IMG/VR virus record: IMGVR_UViG_3300020366_000002
Span: 1-40,646 of that record
DNA: 40,646 bases
Reading direction: 5' to 3' (one strand)
Source: a virus
Taxonomy: Duplodnaviria; Caudoviricetes
The notes under the pieces were generated by a model. It was not told the origin of the DNA and ran no database searches. It saw only the letters and a list, made by a program, of their open reading frames with translations. Below, in pieces: positions 36,757 to 40,646 of the stretch (position 1 is its first letter; each line of letters begins with the position of its first letter). Position numbers and translations under genes: made by a program.

Positions 36757-37029
36757 ATGGCATTCAAAACTACATTCACTTCTAACACTTCTACTACTCT
36801 TGACTGGGTAGGTGGTGAAGGTGTACTTCTTGCAAGTGGCACATTTGGTAGTGGTAAAGTTACACTGGAGCAAGATATTAACGGAACATACGTAGCTATC
36901 GAAGACGCTGAATTATCAGCAGATGGTGGCTTCAAATTCGTTACATCTTCTAAACAGTTAAGACTTACCTACTCTGGTGGTACTTCACAGAACGTATTCA
37001 CAAGCGTAACAGCGTTATCTAAATCCTAA
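36757..37029 (+). CDS. Small beta-rich protein, possible virion decoration/structural protein
   Basis: SGTFGSGKVTLEQ motif and Thr/Ser/Gly-rich strands. Confidence 0.6.
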   Translation: MAFKTTFTSNTSTTLDWVGGEGVLLASGTFGSGKVTLEQDINGTYVAIEDAELSADGGFKFVTSSKQLRLTYSGGTSQNVFTSVTALSKS

Positions 37030-37033
37030 ATAA

Positions 37034-37966
37034 ATGAACCTTATGTCTTCCCAAGTATCTCCTCTTGTGCAGAGCCTTGTCACAGCACAAGTTGCAGTAG
37101 ATAAAACTATATTCGATTCAGCTTTTGCTATATATGGTACGGTAGATTATTTAGGTAATGGTAACAATGTTATTAGATTTTATAACTCTGGGGCAAGCAC
37201 TACTGAAAGAGATTTCACAGCAACAGAACTAACTGATGGTACTTATACAACTTGGTTAGATGGTGCGGCTTCTAGTGGTACTAGGGTGGCTAAACTGTAT
37301 AATCAGAAAGGTAACTCAGCTTTAGATCTACAACACCCAAGTTCTTCAAGCAGACCTTGGTATGAATCAAGTGAGAACACAGTAAGATTTGATCAATTAA
37401 ATTATTTTAACTACGCAGTTTTGTTTACAACAAGTGCTGAATCAACATTATCTCCTTTTGAAAACAATACAACAGCAAATGACACAACTCTTGTTCTAGG
37501 TGCTAGAAAGAAAGACAGTTCATTGTACGGATTGCCTGCCTCTTCTAGAACATTGTTTGCTTTAAGAGATAGCGTTTCTCCATCATCTCCATATAATGTC
37601 CCACACAAAGCGTTAGCTATAAAGGCGGGTACGTATTCTGATGATATAGCTATTTCAGCAAGGGGTGATGACTTTACACACGTTATAGCAGAACACGATG
37701 TATTTGACCATAGTACACTTAAAACATACATAGGTGAAATCAAGAGAAACCCAGTTAGTGGTGTTACATCAACTGATATGAATTTATTTGTTAACAATAC
37801 GCAAGAAGTAGATACTACTACAACTAGCTTAGATGCTGATATAGACATAGGTTCTATATATCTAGGTGACAATAAATATATAATGAAAGGTGCTCTATTG
37901 TTTAATAAGATTTTAACATCTGAAGAGAAATCAGAACTACATACTAGAATGTCACAGGATTATTAA
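37034..37966 (+). CDS. Putative virion appendage protein (LamG/lectin-like beta-sandwich)
   Basis: ERDFTATELTDGT, VAKLYNQKGN and C-terminal LLFNKILTSEE patterns reminiscent of phage LamG-like domains. Confidence 0.55.
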   Translation: MNLMSSQVSPLVQSLVTAQVAVDKTIFDSAFAIYGTVDYLGNGNNVIRFYNSGASTTERDFTATELTDGTYTTWLDGAASSGTRVAKLYNQKGNSALDLQHPSSSSRPWYESSENTVRFDQLNYFNYAVLFTTSAESTLSPFENNTTANDTTLVLGARKKDSSLYGLPASSRTLFALRDSVSPSSPYNVPHKALAIKAGTYSDDIAISARGDDFTHVIAEHDVFDHSTLKTYIGEIKRNPVSGVTSTDMNLFVNNTQEVDTTTTSLDADIDIGSIYLGDNKYIMKGALLFNKILTSEEKSELHTRMSQDY

Positions 37967-37967
37967 T

Positions 37968-38201
37968 ATGCATAAATTTTTAATATACCAAACAAAAGCA
38001 GAAGCCGACTTACGAGCTGATGAAGAAGGTCAAACACGTAACTTACCTTATTGGGAAGATCCTATTAATGTGACAAGAACCTATACTGCACCTATATATA
38101 CTTTAGATGGAGAGTGGGCTCTGGAAGTTACAGAGTATACTTTAACAGCAGAAGAAGAAACCCAAGTAGTGGAGGATATAAATGTAGAAAGATATGAGTA
38201 A
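37968..38201 (+). CDS. Small acidic hypothetical protein (possible fibre chaperone)
   Basis: 77-aa ORF directly after the putative appendage gene. Confidence 0.65.
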   Translation: MHKFLIYQTKAEADLRADEEGQTRNLPYWEDPINVTRTYTAPIYTLDGEWALEVTEYTLTAEEETQVVEDINVERYE

Positions 38202-38436
38202 ACGTAAAGGTGTAAGCCTAAGAAAAGAACATAAAAACCCTACAGGTGGTTTAAACGCCAAGGGACGTGCTTATTACAACCGTAAAACAGGATCTAACCT
38301 AAAAGCCCCACAACCTAAAGGAGGCCCTCGTAAGAGGTCTTTTTGTGCTCGTATGAAGGGTGTTAAAGGCCCTATGAAAGACTCTAAAGGGAGACCTACA
38401 CGTAAGGCTCTCGCACTAAGAAAATGGAAATGTTAA
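38194..38436 (+). CDS. Small highly basic phage protein
   Basis: GGLNAKGRAYYNRKTGSNLKAP...RKRSFCARMKG...ALRKWKC. Confidence 0.8.
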   Translation: MSKRKGVSLRKEHKNPTGGLNAKGRAYYNRKTGSNLKAPQPKGGPRKRSFCARMKGVKGPMKDSKGRPTRKALALRKWKC

Positions 38437-38440
38437 TATT

Positions 38441-38563
38441 ATGAGCTTATATAGAAATATCAATCGTAGACGTAAACTTGGAATAAGCCGTTCTAAGAAG
38501 AACTCTACAGTCTCTAAGAAATCCTACGAGAATATGAAAAAAGGATTTCCTAAAAAGAAATAA
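38441..38563 (+). CDS. Very basic 40-aa peptide (absent from the ORF track)
   Basis: MSLYRNINRRRKLGISRSKKNSTVSKKSYENMKKGFPKKK. Confidence 0.7.
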   Translation: MSLYRNINRRRKLGISRSKKNSTVSKKSYENMKKGFPKKK

Positions 38564-38582
38564 TTTTGTCAACTGACTTAGA

Positions 38583-38613
38583 CACACAGCCCGTTGCGAC
38601 GGACAACTGTATG
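38583..38613 (+). promoter_or_regulatory. Structured leader upstream of the major capsid gene
   Basis: cacacag-c-ccgt-tgcg-acgg-acaa-ctgtatg: inner and outer stems with an asymmetric internal loop. Confidence 0.5.
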
Positions 38614-38676
38614 AATGACGACGTCGACCGACACCACTAACCCTAACAATAACCCTTATAAAGTAAAGGAAAAATT

Positions 38677-39744
38677 ATGTCATTTACGACAACTACAAAT
38701 GCCGCTTCACGAGTAGGTTTAGATACCAATAACTCGGGTGCAGGTAACGAATCCTTGTTCCTCAAGGTCTTTAGTGGTGAGATCCTCACTGCTTTTGAAA
38801 CAGCAACAGTTATGAAACCTCTTCATACTGTTCGTACTATATCAAGTGGCAAATCTGCCCAGTTCCCAATCACAGGTATCGCTTCTGCGGCTTACCACTC
38901 AGCGGGACAGGACATCTATGCCAACGCTTCAAGTCAAATCTCTGACATCAAGAAAACTGAAAGAACAATCGCTATTGACGACGTATTGATCTCTTCAACT
39001 TTCTTAGCGAAGATTGACGAATTAATGAACCACTACGATATCCGTTCTATCTATGCTTCTGAGCTTGGTAAAGCTTTAGCTAAGCAGTTTGATTTAGCTA
39101 CAATGAAAACATTGTTTGCGGCGGCTAAGACAGGTGCAAATATCTCTGGTGATACTAAAGCTGGTATCCAGTTATCTGGTACTGATTTAGATACAGACAC
39201 AGAGATCATCAATGCTCTGTATGATATCGCTACTGGATTAGACGAAAACGATGCTCCTTCTGAAGGACGTTTCGCTATCGTAGCTCCTAAAACCTACAAT
39301 ACAATCTTAGCTTCTGGTAACAACGCTGTTAGCAGAGACTTTGGTACTGGTGGTAATATGGCTACAGGTGTAATCCAAAGTGTTGCAGGTATCCGCCTTA
39401 TCAAATCAAATCACCTAGCTGACATTGCGGCTCTTGGAGACAAGACAGCGGCTTCTGGTACTAATGATGGTATCCACGGTTCAGCTTCTGTTAAGAATGA
39501 TGTTGGTGCATCTGGAGATGGTTACCAATCAGACTTCAGCGGACTTGTTACAGGTTCAGCTGGATCTGAGAAATACGGTATCATTGCAGGTACTCCACAA
39601 GCGATCGGTACAGTTAAGTTACTTGATTTAGCTACTGAGTCAGAATACCAAATACAAAGACAAGGTCACTTGTTCGTTGCTAAATATGCAATGGGACACG
39701 GTGTACTACGTCCAGAGTGTGCGGCAGTTTACGAAGTAGACTAA
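38677..39744 (+). CDS. Major capsid protein (gp10-like)
   Basis: LFLKVFSGEILTAF, RTISSGKSAQFP, HYDIRSIY and KYAMGHGVLRPECA motifs. Confidence 0.97.
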   Translation: MSFTTTTNAASRVGLDTNNSGAGNESLFLKVFSGEILTAFETATVMKPLHTVRTISSGKSAQFPITGIASAAYHSAGQDIYANASSQISDIKKTERTIAIDDVLISSTFLAKIDELMNHYDIRSIYASELGKALAKQFDLATMKTLFAAAKTGANISGDTKAGIQLSGTDLDTDTEIINALYDIATGLDENDAPSEGRFAIVAPKTYNTILASGNNAVSRDFGTGGNMATGVIQSVAGIRLIKSNHLADIAALGDKTAASGTNDGIHGSASVKNDVGASGDGYQSDFSGLVTGSAGSEKYGIIAGTPQAIGTVKLLDLATESEYQIQRQGHLFVAKYAMGHGVLRPECAAVYEVD

Positions 39745-39762
39745 GAATTAACCCCTCAACTC

Positions 39763-39806
39763 GAAGTCCTCATAGGTTTATCCCTATGGGGGCTTCCCCT
39801 TTTTTT
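39763..39806 (+). terminator. T-phi-like terminator after the capsid gene
   Basis: gaagtcctcatagg-tttatc-cctatgggggcttc stem with G-U pairs, then ccc and a T7 run. Confidence 0.85.
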
Positions 39807-39824
39807 AATAATTTATAAAATAGA

Positions 39825-40646
39825 ATGGCATCAACGACGACGACCCCAACAACACTTACCCAATCAGTTAATATTATATTAGCTAACATCGGTGAAGCAC
39901 CTGTAAACTCTGTTGCGGGTTCAGTACCCCAACAAGTTTCATTAGCTCTTAATACACTTACAGAAGTTAGTAGAGATGTACAATCAAAAGGTTGGTGGTT
40001 TAATCAACAAAGCGGTGGTAATTACAGTGAATCTGCTAATATTACATTATATGATATTAACGTAAGTAATGATTGGAATACTAACATTCCAGAAGAGGCT
40101 GTAAGATATATAACCATTAGAGCCGCTAGAATCGCTAATAGTCGTTTTATAGGAGCTGAAGAGCTTCAAAAGTTTTCACTAAATGAAGAGCTAGTAAGTC
40201 TAGCTATACTTCAACAAGCACACGTAAGAAACTCCAATGGAGTTCTAGATTTTAATTCATTCCCCTCTGAGCTTAAATCGTTAGGCGTCGACGAGGTCAT
40301 GTTCCTTCAAGGTAATGTTGAAGAGAAATATGGTACACTAAGATTAGCTAGTGAAGTAGTTAATCAAGCTAAAACTAAAGCTGAGACAGAGCTACTAACA
40401 GCTCAAGAGCTTAAAACAGACGCTGAGACTACCTTAGTAACAGCACAAGAACTACAAGTAGATGCTCAAACAGCAACAGAAGCTTCTCGTAAATTAGACA
40501 TAGAAGCAGATACAACTCTTAAAGGTAAACAAGGTTTACTTGTAGATGCACAAGAGTTAAAAACAGACGCAGAGACCACCTTAATAACAGCTCAAGAACT
40601 AAAGGTAGACGCAGAGACAGCAACAGAAGGTTCTCGTAAACTAGAT
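39825..40646 (+). CDS. Tail tubular protein A, 5' part (absent from the ORF track; continues at the window start)
   Basis: ATG at 39825: MASTTTTPTTLTQSVNIILANIGEAPVNS...EVSRDVQSKGWWFN...IPEEAVRYITIRAAR. Open to the window end, with repeats starting at 40383. Confidence 0.9.
   Translation, partial: MASTTTTPTTLTQSVNIILANIGEAPVNSVAGSVPQQVSLALNTLTEVSRDVQSKGWWFNQQSGGNYSESANITLYDINVSNDWNTNIPEEAVRYITIRAARIANSRFIGAEELQKFSLNEELVSLAILQQAHVRNSNGVLDFNSFPSELKSLGVDEVMFLQGNVEEKYGTLRLASEVVNQAKTKAETELLTAQELKTDAETTLVTAQELQVDAQTATEASRKLDIEADTTLKGKQGLLVDAQELKTDAETTLITAQELKVDAETATEGSRKLD

Noticed and set aside
39425-39744. Capsid frameshift extension (T7 10B-like) or ORF 39425-39631
   Set aside because: I see no slippery site near the capsid stop, and a terminator follows immediately.
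40570-40646. Biological terminal direct repeat
   Set aside because: It is exactly 77 bp and lies mid-gene, so it is best explained as assembler overlap.

Overview
This is an apparently complete, circularly permuted T7-like podovirus (Autographiviridae) genome. Bases 40570-40646 repeat bases 1-77 exactly, which is an assembly overlap. The + strand carries the standard T7 core: tyrosine integrase, single-subunit RNA polymerase, SSB, endonuclease I, primase/helicase, DNA polymerase A, exonuclease, portal, scaffold, capsid, tail tube A/B, internal virion proteins, tail fibre, holin and terminases. The integrase suggests a temperate phage. Six departures from the T7 plan stand out. (1) The tail-tube-A gene crosses the contig junction and encodes about 721 aa: two gp11-like domains joined by about 245 aa of 14- and 35-aa heptad repeats. 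(2) A 4.5-kb reverse-strand island between terL and the integrase encodes an amidoligase, a GATase-II/gamma-glutamylcyclotransferase fusion, an unannotated ribbon-helix-helix protein and an OB-fold-like protein, among repeated ATGATAGT boxes, hairpin arrays and a TTTGS microsatellite. (3) A 3.7-kb block of ten genes splits scaffold from capsid and includes a protein ending in a PEP-CTERM-like sorting signal. (4) Both large ejection proteins carry HExxH metallopeptidase domains. (5) No endolysin is recognisable. (6) CGWCG words look over-represented. A candidate phage RNAP promoter, AGGACTAATATGA, occurs three times at T7-equivalent positions. All calls come from reading motifs by eye; no searches were run.
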